Shown here: positions 11,102 to 19,857 of the stretch, in pieces | How the letters are laid out: each line of letters starts with the position of its first letter | Position numbering within the stretch: the stretch's first letter is position 1 | Source: Lachnospiraceae bacterium | GTDB taxonomy: Archaea; Thermoplasmatota; Thermoplasmata; Methanomassiliicoccales; Methanomethylophilaceae | NCBI GenBank assembly: GCA_963645865.1 | Contig: CAVIUM010000001.1 | Coordinates: forward strand, 35,858-99,857 | DNA: 64,000 nt | Direction of reading: 5' to 3' | Notes under the pieces: generated by a model | Databases searched by the model: none | Told to the model about the DNA's origin: nothing | What the model saw: only the letters and a program-made list of their open reading frames with translations | Translations under genes and position numbers: made by a program

Positions 11102-11872
11102 TTGGGGGAGTTCACCGGGGAGAGGCTCGAGTGGGACGGGCCCTTCAAGGTAGTCGAATGCTCCCGCGCCCTGGCCCCTTCCGGGCTGCCGGAGATGGAT
11201 TACGCCCTCAATCCCTACGGAGGATGCGAGCACGGCTGCATCTACTGCTACGCGCCCGGGCACACCCATTCCGACCTCTCGACCTGGAGGGTCGTCAAGG
11301 TCAAGCGCAACATAGCCGACCGTCTGCTGAAGGAGCTCCCGTTCACCGAGGGGACGATAGGGATCGGATCGGTCACCGATCCGTATCAGGGGGCGGAGAG
11401 GAGGTTCCTCCTCACCAGGAGGTGCCTGGAGATCCTCTCCTCCAAGGGGAGGTCCGTCCATATCCACACCAAATCCGATCTGATCCTGAGGGACCTGGAC
11501 ATCCTGACGGGGATGGACTGCGTGGTAGGGATGACGATCACCAACACGGACGACCGCGTCTCGAAGATCACCGAGCCCGGCGCCCCCCTGCCGGAGGCCC
11601 GCCTACAGGCGCTGGCGGAACTCGTCGATTCCGGCATCAGGACGTATGCGCTCGTCGCCCCCATCATGTCCACCCTGGAAGGCCGCGAGGCTGAGCTCGC
11701 AGATGCGCTCAGATCCGCAGGCATACGGACCGTCTTCCACGACCATCTCAACCTCAGGCTGGTCGATCCGTCGAGGCTCGAGAGGATGGGCATCGGTCCG
11801 TCCCCGAAGGCCGAGAGGGAGTTCCTGGAGCAGTGCCTGCTCAGGGGCCTGGACACCGTCTCCGACCACCGA
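11102..11872 (+). CDS. Radical SAM protein, SplB/spore-photoproduct-lyase-like
   Basis: NPYGGCEHGCIYCYA (CxxxCxxC), SVTDPYQ and HTKS. TTG start. Ends CAC CGA CCG CGA TGA (first CGA 11870-72; TGA 11879-81). Confidence 0.88.
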
Positions 11873-11973
11873 CCGCGATGACAGCTGGGTACTCTGGCCG
11901 TGGCGATGGTAGAATAGAATTGTTTTTATAGAAGAACTAAATTGTCGTACTCAAACTACAGGTGATAATTACC

Positions 11974-13599
11974 ATGTACGGTTCTGGAAACCAGCCCGTC
12001 ATCGTGCTCAAAGAGGGCACGGAGAGGAGCAAAGACAAGGAAGCACAGTTCAACAACATCAGCGCCGCCAAGGCAGTCGCCGACGCGGTCAGGTCCACCC
12101 TCGGACCCAAGGGAATGGACAAGATGCTGGTCAACACCATCGGCGATGTCGTCATCACCAACGACGGTGTGACCATCCTCAAGGAGATCGATGTCCAGCA
12201 CCCGGCCGCCAAGATGATCGTCGAGGTCGCCAAGACCCAGGACGCCGAGTGCGGTGACGGGACGACCACCAGCGTCGTCCTCGCCGGAGAGCTGCTCAAG
12301 CAGTCCGAGTCCCTGATCGACGCCAACGTCCACCCGACCGTCATCACGAACGGGTTCAAGATGGCCGCCGACAAGGCGGTGGAGATCCTCAACGAGATCG
12401 CCATCGACGCCAAGAACGAGAAGACCCTCAAGACCGTCGCGACCACCGCCCTCATCGGCAAGTCCGTCGGGGACGAGGAGTCCGCTCTGGCCGACATCGT
12501 CGTCAAGGCCTGCAAATCCGTCGAGGAGGACGGCAAGGTCGACACCAAGAACATCCGCATCCAGAAGAAGGTCGGCGGAGTCATCGGCGACACCAACCTC
12601 GTGCAGGGAGTCGTCATCGACAAGGAGAAGGTCCACTCCAGGATGCCCACCCACGTCGAGAAGGCCAAGATCGCTCTGTTCTCCTGCCCCCTCGAGGTCA
12701 AGAAGACCGAGTTCGACGCTCAGATCCAGATCACCGACCCCACCATGATGTCCTCCTTCCTCGCCGAGGAGGAGAACACCATGAAGGCCATGGTCGACAA
12801 GATCAAGGAGACCGGGGCCAACGTCGTGTTTTGCCAGAAGGGAGTCGATGAGCTCGTCCAGCACTACCTCGCCAAGAACGGCATCCTCGGATACAGGAGG
12901 CTCAAGGAGTCCGACCTCGAGGCCATCGCCAAGGCCACCGGCGCCAACATCATCGGCAACGTCATGGAGATGACCAAGGCCGACCTCGGAACCGCCGGAG
13001 CGGTCGACGAGAAGCAGGTCGGAGAGGACGGAATGGCGTTCATCACCGGCTGCAAGAACCCCAAGGCCATCACCATCTTCGTCCGCGGCGGAACCGAGCA
13101 CGTGCTCGAGGAAGTCGAGAGGGCCCTCAACGACTCCATCCGCGTGGTCGGAGTCGCCATCGAGGACGGCAAGGTCGTCGCGGGAGCCGGAGCCCCCGAG
13201 ATCGAGCTCGAGCTCAGGCTCGACGACTACGCCGCGTCCGTCGGCGGAAGGGAGCAGCTCGCCATCGAGAAGTTCGCCAAGGCCATGGAGATCATCCCCT
13301 GGACCCTCGCCGAGAACGCCGGTATCGACCCCATCGACAGCATCATCAAGCTGAAGAACGCCCACGAGAAGAAGGGCGCCAAGGCCAAGTACTTCGGTCT
13401 CGACCTCGACTCCGGAGAGGCCGTCGACATGAACGCCAAGAACGTCCTCGAGCCCCTCAGGGTGAAGGTCCAGGCGATCAACTCCGCACAGGAGGTCGCC
13501 AACATGATCCTCAGGATCGACGACGTCATCGCTTCCCGCAGGGCCCCTCCGACCCCGCCCCAGGGCGCTCCCGGAATGGGCGGAATGCCCGGGATGTGA
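11974..13599 (+). CDS. ths: Thermosome subunit (group II chaperonin)
   Basis: Motifs TLGPKGMDKML, TNDGVTIL, GDGTTT and RIDDVI; GGM tail; GGTGA RBS before ATG 11974. Confidence 0.98.
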   Translation: MYGSGNQPVIVLKEGTERSKDKEAQFNNISAAKAVADAVRSTLGPKGMDKMLVNTIGDVVITNDGVTILKEIDVQHPAAKMIVEVAKTQDAECGDGTTTSVVLAGELLKQSESLIDANVHPTVITNGFKMAADKAVEILNEIAIDAKNEKTLKTVATTALIGKSVGDEESALADIVVKACKSVEEDGKVDTKNIRIQKKVGGVIGDTNLVQGVVIDKEKVHSRMPTHVEKAKIALFSCPLEVKKTEFDAQIQITDPTMMSSFLAEEENTMKAMVDKIKETGANVVFCQKGVDELVQHYLAKNGILGYRRLKESDLEAIAKATGANIIGNVMEMTKADLGTAGAVDEKQVGEDGMAFITGCKNPKAITIFVRGGTEHVLEEVERALNDSIRVVGVAIEDGKVVAGAGAPEIELELRLDDYAASVGGREQLAIEKFAKAMEIIPWTLAENAGIDPIDSIIKLKNAHEKKGAKAKYFGLDLDSGEAVDMNAKNVLEPLRVKVQAINSAQEVANMILRIDDVIASRRAPPTPPQGAPGMGGMPGM

Positions 13600-13635
13600 T
13601 CCCAGTAACGAGCGGGGGACCGCTCGAATGAAACA

Positions 13636-13673
13636 GCCGGCCTCTTCCGGGAGGTCGGCCCCTTTCCTTTTTC
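13636..13673 (+). terminator. GC hairpin followed by a T-rich tract downstream of the thermosome gene
   Basis: gccggcctcttccgggaggtcggc imperfect inverted repeat followed by ccctttccttttt; lies between convergent genes. Confidence 0.55.
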
Positions 13674-13689
13674 CACATTCTGTTCGGTA

Positions 13690-14109
13690 TCGGGCGTCGA
13701 AGAACGCGGCCAACGAGGATGCCGTGTGCTTCGCATCCTCGATGACATCGTGGAGCTCCACTCCGATCTCCGATGGGATACCGTGATTGTAATCCCATCC
13801 GATGACCGCGTAGTCCGGATTCATCCAGTATTCGACGAAAGGCGGGACCTTGTTAAAGTACGAGGTATCGCCGGGCACATCGAGAACTGGATAACCAGAA
13901 TCGTTGTACTGCAGTTCAGCGGAGATCCTGTCGAAATCCATATTCCTCATCACGATGTAGGCGCAGAACCACCCCTGCCTCCCTTCGTATATCTGACTGC
14001 CTGCAGGGATGCACAGGGACACGAAGCGCACGACGATCTCTACATCGATATCGTCGTTCAGGTGCAACATCTCGGTGTGAATTGTCTTGTCGTCCTCCTC
14101 GAACCACAT
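13690..14109 (-). CDS. Hypothetical protein, about 139 aa (CGA-terminated)
   Basis: MWFEEDD...GWFCAY...LDVPGDTSY...IGWDYNH...AAFFDA, then CGA TAC CGA. In the standard code it is buried in a 752 aa ORF that runs antisense through the whole thermosome gene. Confidence 0.7.
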
Positions 14110-14263
14110 GCTCGCCTGATGCTTATGATCATTGATAGTCGTAACGGATGGAATGGGGTTTATGGTATGGATATCAACATTTGTAGAAACAACAGACCGG
14201 AATACGGCATCCAACCACCCTTAAATACCCTCATCCCGCTTATGTGGACGGGATGGATGCACG

Positions 14264-15052
14264 ATGCGCGCTGCGCTTTACGCCAGGGTATCGACGGATG
14301 ATCAGGCAGTCGAAGGCTTCTCCTTGGATGCCCAGTTCAAACGTCTGGAGGCCTACTGCAGGGTCCGCGGCTGGGAGGTGGCCGGGGAGTACAGGGACGA
14401 GGGTTATTCCGGAAGGAACACCCGCCGTCCGGAGTACGACCGCATGATGCGCGAATCCGATTCCTGGGATGTGCTTTTGGTCCTGAAGATGGACCGTATC
14501 CACAGGAACAGCGTCAATTTCACCCGCATGATGGACGACCTCCGCGGGAAAGGCAAGGAGTTCAACTCGGTTCAGGAGAAGTTCGATACGACCACTGCGA
14601 TGGGACGCTTCGTCATGGATATCATGCAGAGGATCGCCCAGCTCGAGAGCGAGCAGATCGGCGAGAGGACGTTCATGGGGATGGAGTTCAAGGCCCGCAA
14701 CGGCACCGGGAACCTCGGTTCCGGGCATCCCTACGGCTACACGTATTCCGACGGTCGTCTCGAAGTGGTCGAGGACGAGGCCTACGCCGTCCGCGCGATA
14801 TACAACATGTATCTCCGCGGCTCCACCATGGGAGGCATCGCCGACTTCCTGAACGATGCGGACATCCCCGCGAAAAAGGGCGGCAGATGGAACAAGCAGT
14901 CCGTCTGCAACATCCTCCACAACCCCCTCTATGTGGGATACTCCGATTGGAACGGCATCCTCCGCAAGGGCGAACAGGAGCCCATCGTCGAGATGGAGAA
15001 GTTCGAGAAGGTCAACGGTCCGCTGTTCAAGGACGGGACATGCGCGCAGCGA
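14264..15052 (+). CDS. Serine recombinase (resolvase plus recombinase domain), copy 1
   Basis: ALYARVSTDDQ, DEGYSG..RP, KMDRIHRN, E.E.I.ER, PYGY and ILHNPLYVG. First in-frame CGA 15050-52; TGA 15059-61. Confidence 0.92.
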
Positions 15053-15897
15053 TCTACGTGAGGGTCTCCACCGAGGAGCAGGCCGCGGAAGGTTATTCGA
15101 TCGACGCGCAGAAGGAGCTCCTGCAGGATTACTGCCTGGTGGAGGGATGGGACGTCGCCGGCGTCTACGAGGACGACGGTTTCTCCGGGAGGAACGACAA
15201 GCGTCCCGCCTATCGCAGGATGATGGCCGAGATGGATTCGTGGGATCTGATCCTCGTGATCAAGATGGACCGTATCCACAGGAACAGCCGCAATTTCATG
15301 AACATGATGGAGGTCCTCGACAGGCACGGGAAGATGTTCGTCTCCCAATCCGAATCGCTGGATACGACCAACGCCCTCGGGAGGTTCGTCGTCGACATGA
15401 TCCAGCGTCTGGCGCAGCTGGAGAGCGAGCAGATCGGCGAGAGGACCCACATGGGTATGCGCGAGAAGGCCGAGACGCTCGACAACGCCACCGAAGGGAA
15501 GAGGACCATGGGATTCACCCCTCCGTTCGGCTACAGGCTGGAGGACGGGGCTTTGAAGGAGGATGAGGACGAGCTTCCCGTGGTGAAGAGGATGTTCGAC
15601 GAATATGCCGAAGGACGCACCGTCGACGAGATCTGCTGGTCCCTCAACCGCGAGGGCATCCTGACCCGCAGGGGGAATCCATGGAACAAGCGCAACATGT
15701 CCACCATCCTCCACAACCCGGTCTATGCGGGATTCATGAGGTGGGAGGATGTGCTGATAAGGCACCCGGCGGCGGTGGCCGTGACGTCGGAGGAATTCAA
15801 CGCCGTACAGGAACTGATGGCGTCCAGAGTGCGCGATCCGGCCAAGAGGAACGTCAAGCTCCTGCCCACGGTCTCCGACTTCGTTTCGGAATCTTGA
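15040..15897 (+). CDS. Serine recombinase (resolvase plus recombinase domain), copy 2
   Basis: MRAAIYVRVSTEEQ, DDGFSG, KMDRIHRN, PPFGY and ILHNPVYAG; overlaps the end of copy 1. Confidence 0.92.
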   Translation: MRAAIYVRVSTEEQAAEGYSIDAQKELLQDYCLVEGWDVAGVYEDDGFSGRNDKRPAYRRMMAEMDSWDLILVIKMDRIHRNSRNFMNMMEVLDRHGKMFVSQSESLDTTNALGRFVVDMIQRLAQLESEQIGERTHMGMREKAETLDNATEGKRTMGFTPPFGYRLEDGALKEDEDELPVVKRMFDEYAEGRTVDEICWSLNREGILTRRGNPWNKRNMSTILHNPVYAGFMRWEDVLIRHPAAVAVTSEEFNAVQELMASRVRDPAKRNVKLLPTVSDFVSES

Positions 15898-16066
15898 CCA
15901 TTGGAATATAAACCTTGTTCATAACAGGCATTCAGGTTCCATAGCATTCATGCTACCGCGATTCGACGTCTGGCCTATGTCCGTAATGCCCGATTTTGGC
16001 AATATCATTATATATCGAATAACGCGAATCGTTGGATGGGTCTTAGGGCCCATTGGAGGAAAACGA

Positions 16067-16597
16067 ATGACTGACGAATGCAAACCCATAGACCCGACCG
16101 CGTTCGGGCTTTTCTTCGTCGCCCTGGTATCATTGCCCATCGCTCTGGTGTGCATCTTCTCTTACGCAGGCGTCGACAACGACATAGGCACAGGTTACAA
16201 CCTGGGCGGTCTCCTGATGCTTGCTGCGATTTTCATCGCCATCGCCGCCATGAAAGCCTACAAGGCAGGCAGCAACTTCGGATTCATCGTGTTCGGCATG
16301 GTCGCTCTCGGAGTGTTCTACGCCGGTGCGGTCGGAGGAGATCTCTATGTCAACCTCACCCTGGGCATAATGTATCTCATCGCCCTGGTCTGGTCCTTCC
16401 GCGCGAAGAACCTCAAGACCCTCACGACCATCCTGCTCACCACCGCCCTGATCTTCATCTTCGGTGGACTTGCGGTCAACGACGGTAGTGCGGACAGCAT
16501 CTGGATGCTCCTGAAGGGAATCGCCGCCCTGGCCAACTTCGTGCTCACCCTGTACCTGGCTTTCGCCCTGGCCGACGAGCACGTCCCCTGCTACTGA
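16067..16597 (+). CDS. Six-TM membrane protein, possibly GPR1/FUN34/YaaH (SatP)-like
   Basis: Hydrophobic 176 aa. DPTAFGLF resembles the NPAPLGL family motif. GGAGG RBS upstream. Confidence 0.55.
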   Translation: MTDECKPIDPTAFGLFFVALVSLPIALVCIFSYAGVDNDIGTGYNLGGLLMLAAIFIAIAAMKAYKAGSNFGFIVFGMVALGVFYAGAVGGDLYVNLTLGIMYLIALVWSFRAKNLKTLTTILLTTALIFIFGGLAVNDGSADSIWMLLKGIAALANFVLTLYLAFALADEHVPCY

Positions 16598-16697
16598 GCG
16601 GGGATCGAAATCAATTACCCGCTCCGGCGGGGTTTCTTCCTACCAACATTGTCCCTCACTCATGGACTTTAAATACGAGTCGTAAGATGACCTCGGT

Positions 16698-16796
16698 ATG
16701 AAGACTGAGGTCAAGAAGAAGGTCCTCGCTTACGGAATGGTCGGCATCATGATCGTTGTCGCCGTCACCGCGGCAGCCGCTGCTCTCATAAAGTGA
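16698..16796 (+). CDS. Small 32 aa single-TM peptide
   Basis: MKTEVKKKVLAYGMVGIMIVVAVTAAAAALIK*; TTTAAATA box about 25 nt upstream; stop ends 1 nt before the SDR start. Confidence 0.6.
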   Translation: MKTEVKKKVLAYGMVGIMIVVAVTAAAAALIK

Positions 16797-16797
16797 G

Positions 16798-17559
16798 ATG
16801 ATGACGATAGCCGTTGTCACTGGCGCCTCCTCCGGCATGGGTGCGGAATTCTGCAGAGCGCTCGACGGCTACGGACTGGATTCCATCTGGATCATCGCAC
16901 GCAGGGACGACAAGCTCAGAGAGCTCGCTTCCGAGCTTGAAACACCTTGCAAAACCCTCTCCATCGATCTTTCCGATGCCACTGGCATCGATTCCCTCGC
17001 ATCCATCATCGAGAGCGAGGAGCCCGAGATCCGCTATCTGGTCAACTGCGCCGGTATCGGGAGATTCGGAAACTCTTGGGAGATCCCCGTTTCCGAGACC
17101 AGGGCGATGATAGGTCTCGACGTATCCGCATTGGTGGAGATCACCAACCTGTGCATCCCGTACATGCCTCCTGGGTCGGATATCATCGAGGTCTGCTCGG
17201 CGTCCGCATATCTCCCGCTGGAGAAGCTGAACGTTTACTCGGCATGCAAAGCGTTCGTGCGCTCCTACTGCAACGGTCTCCGCAGCGAATTGGCGTCCAA
17301 GAGGATCGGAGTTCTCGAGGTCTCCCCCGGTTGGGTGGAGACGGATTTCATCCCGCTCTCCCAGGGAGACAATGCGGTTCCGCAGAAGGTGTTCAAGCAT
17401 ACCGTCACCAAGGAGGCCGTGGTCGCTCAGGCCATGAAGGACATGTCCAATGGCCGCAGCCGTTCCATCTGCGGCGGGTACAACAGATTCCAGGTCTTCT
17501 GCTGCATCCACTTCCCTTCGATGGCTTCTTTCATCTGGAGGAACTCTTTGAAACAGTGA
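16798..17559 (+). CDS. Short-chain dehydrogenase/reductase
   Basis: TGASSGMG, ARR, LVNCAG, YSACK (YxxxK) and PGWVET. Confidence 0.92.
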   Translation: MMTIAVVTGASSGMGAEFCRALDGYGLDSIWIIARRDDKLRELASELETPCKTLSIDLSDATGIDSLASIIESEEPEIRYLVNCAGIGRFGNSWEIPVSETRAMIGLDVSALVEITNLCIPYMPPGSDIIEVCSASAYLPLEKLNVYSACKAFVRSYCNGLRSELASKRIGVLEVSPGWVETDFIPLSQGDNAVPQKVFKHTVTKEAVVAQAMKDMSNGRSRSICGGYNRFQVFCCIHFPSMASFIWRNSLKQ

Positions 17560-17571
17560 GAATGTGGCCGT

Positions 17572-18777
17572 ATGTCCGATTTCGAGCTGATGCACAAGGA
17601 TCTGGGCGTATGCACCGTATCCATTGATGAAAGTGGATCCATCCGCTCCGTCCGCGACATCACCGCCTCGGATCATCTCCCAGTAGGGACATATCCATCC
17701 ATCGAATCCGATCTCACCAAAGGTCTGAACTCCTGGTGGAGTCGCAGGTCCATCCCTGCTAGCAGGGACAATCTGCAGCCGTTCCTGTCCCAGTGTGGCC
17801 TCGAAACATCATCCGCTCTCATGACTGCAACCCGTGGTCTGAGTCTTTCCGATTGTTACTGGTTGCGTCCTGTCGCTTCTGATCTTCGCTGGGACGACGT
17901 CAACTACTACGACAACGATTTCTCCGAGGATCTGGGGTTGATTCTCTTCGGAGAAGATGTCGCAGGGGACATCTCTCTGAAAACACCGGATGCCTCGTCT
18001 GACGGTCGTCTCAGGAAGCGTTGGTCCATCATGGACGGATCCAGGTATCTCATCAAGGCCGGAAGTCCACCTTTCCATCAGGAACCTTACAACGAGACGA
18101 TAGCTTCGGAGATTATGAGACGTCTGGGCATCGAAGGTGTGGATTATCGCATCAATGGCTCTGGCAAGCAGCCCGTTTCTGTTTGCAAGGACTTCACAGA
18201 TCCTGACAACGAATTGGTATCAGCTTCGGCCATCGACAGAATAATGCAACGTTCCGGCGGAACGAACTACGAGCACTCGGTCCGTTGCTTCCGTGAAGCA
18301 GGAATGGAGGATCCGGAAAGTTCCATAGACCGGATGCTCGTTTTGGATTTCATCGTGGCCAATGAGGATCGCCATTATGGGAACTTCGGACTTCTCAGGA
18401 ATCCAGACAGTCTGGAATGCACCGGATTCGCTCCCATCTATGACAGCGGTTCTTCCCTGGGTTACCGCACGATTGCCCCCCTCATCGACGAAGGCTATGA
18501 CCTGAAATGCAAGTGCTTCAAAGAAGTCCTTTCGGAGCAGATTCGCCTCGTTCATTCATTCGATTGGTTGGATCTTTCCAAACTCGATGGTATCGAGGAT
18601 TTCATCCGTAAGACGTTCGAAGGTTCGAGATACATCGACGGTAGTCGCGCTGAAGCCATCGCAGCTTATACGCGCCGTCGTATCGATATGCTCGATAGGA
18701 TCTCATCCAATTATGCAGGATTCCATGACAGCCCTTCGACGGACTTCAAAGGTCACTATTATAATTTATTTATCTAA
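17572..18777 (+). CDS. HipA-like kinase domain protein
   Basis: SLSDCYW, DGRLRKRW, LIK, PYNE, ANEDRHYGNFG and APIYDSGSSL; lower GC3 than the flanks. Confidence 0.8.
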   Translation: MSDFELMHKDLGVCTVSIDESGSIRSVRDITASDHLPVGTYPSIESDLTKGLNSWWSRRSIPASRDNLQPFLSQCGLETSSALMTATRGLSLSDCYWLRPVASDLRWDDVNYYDNDFSEDLGLILFGEDVAGDISLKTPDASSDGRLRKRWSIMDGSRYLIKAGSPPFHQEPYNETIASEIMRRLGIEGVDYRINGSGKQPVSVCKDFTDPDNELVSASAIDRIMQRSGGTNYEHSVRCFREAGMEDPESSIDRMLVLDFIVANEDRHYGNFGLLRNPDSLECTGFAPIYDSGSSLGYRTIAPLIDEGYDLKCKCFKEVLSEQIRLVHSFDWLDLSKLDGIEDFIRKTFEGSRYIDGSRAEAIAAYTRRRIDMLDRISSNYAGFHDSPSTDFKGHYYNLFI

Positions 18778-18785
18778 TATCGCAT

Positions 18786-19850
18786 TTAGCTTTATTAATT
18801 TCAAGTCTACTTTCCAACACCAGTTTTCAGAAGATTTGAGGCTAGGTGATTAAGGAGTTGGTGCACCTATCGGGCGGGGACAGGTCATCACCGTGCTTCA
18901 CGACTCTGAGGCCTAGCCGCGCGCCCCACGGCCAGGATGTTTCTTGCCGAATTGACGTCCCGATCCATCACGAGCTCGCATTACGGGCATTCGAGGGTTC
19001 TGACGGAGAGGTCTTTAGCGACGAGGCACCCACATCCCGAGACAGATCATTTTGCTATCGTATTCGAGCATGTGGTGTCACGCGTATCTATGCGTGGAGG
19101 ATCCGAGTCATGATCCGAGAAGTACTTGCCTAGACGGTCATGATATCGCCGGACCTGAGCTCTCTTGAATCATAGGCTACCATCATGAGCATCCAGGTCA
19201 CGTTCTCTGAGCTGAGCATGATGGGCATCCTCGTCTTATTACCCTGAACATTTTTGGCTATAATTAAAGTTGATAAGACGTAATTGTTACAACATAATTC
19301 CAATAGGAAATTCCATTCATGGCATTGATACGAAATTCAAATGAAAATGGGGGGAGAATTGGTCCAAATCCACAAAATCAAGTACACATTCGGGAGGCCG
19401 TCGTGGACAAAACTACCCCTAAAAATTGAATAAAATTTGAGATTCAGTGGAATTTGTACATTTTTTCAAAAATCGCCGAATTTCGTGTCATTACCTTGTG
19501 CTTTTATCGAATTTCAACCTATTGATAATAAAATCTCTAATAACGATTTTAGCTTAATTAATTATCATATATCAGAATAAGCAGAGATTTTCATAAAAAT
19601 ACGTGAATTCTGTTAGACATAATGAATCACCGTAAATCATGCCTCTGATTTGCTTTTCTACCGTATTTTTGTCTTGAATTTATTTAGTTATTATAAATCA
19701 ACTAAATTACGTAATTAGCTAAATTAATTCAAGCTAATGCGAATCAATGCTTCTAGGGGGAATTCCCCTTTATTCATGGCATTATCTGAGACCTCATCTC
19801 GATATTCTTGATTAAATACGCTAATAAAACTATTAGCTTAATTAATCAAG
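18786..19850. repeat. Dispersed ~18 bp motif TTAGCTWWATTAAT(T)CAAG in AT-rich DNA
   Basis: Copies on + at 18786, 19549, 19715 and 19833; inverted copies near 19673 and 19807. Confidence 0.65.
18845..19040 (-). pseudogene. tnpB: IS200/IS605-family tnpB 3' remnant with probable right end
   Basis: Minus strand reads SGCGCLVAKDLSVRTLECP*CELVMDRDVNSARNILAVG: zinc ribbon plus RuvC-III DRDxNAAxNI, with an internal TAA. The upstream part of the gene is missing. Confidence 0.8.
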
Positions 19851-19857
19851 TTCATCC

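Noticed and set aside
9817..11881. NreA-radical SAM fusion or programmed frameshift
   Set aside because: The extension is in a different frame from the radical SAM gene and is low-complexity; the radical SAM gene has its own start; a stop at CGA explains it.
11956..14214. 752 aa minus-strand ORF
   Set aside because: Mostly the antisense shadow of the thermosome gene; only 13690-14109 looks like a real gene.
18846..19133. 95 aa plus-strand ORF
   Set aside because: Antisense to the tnpB remnant; no independent support.
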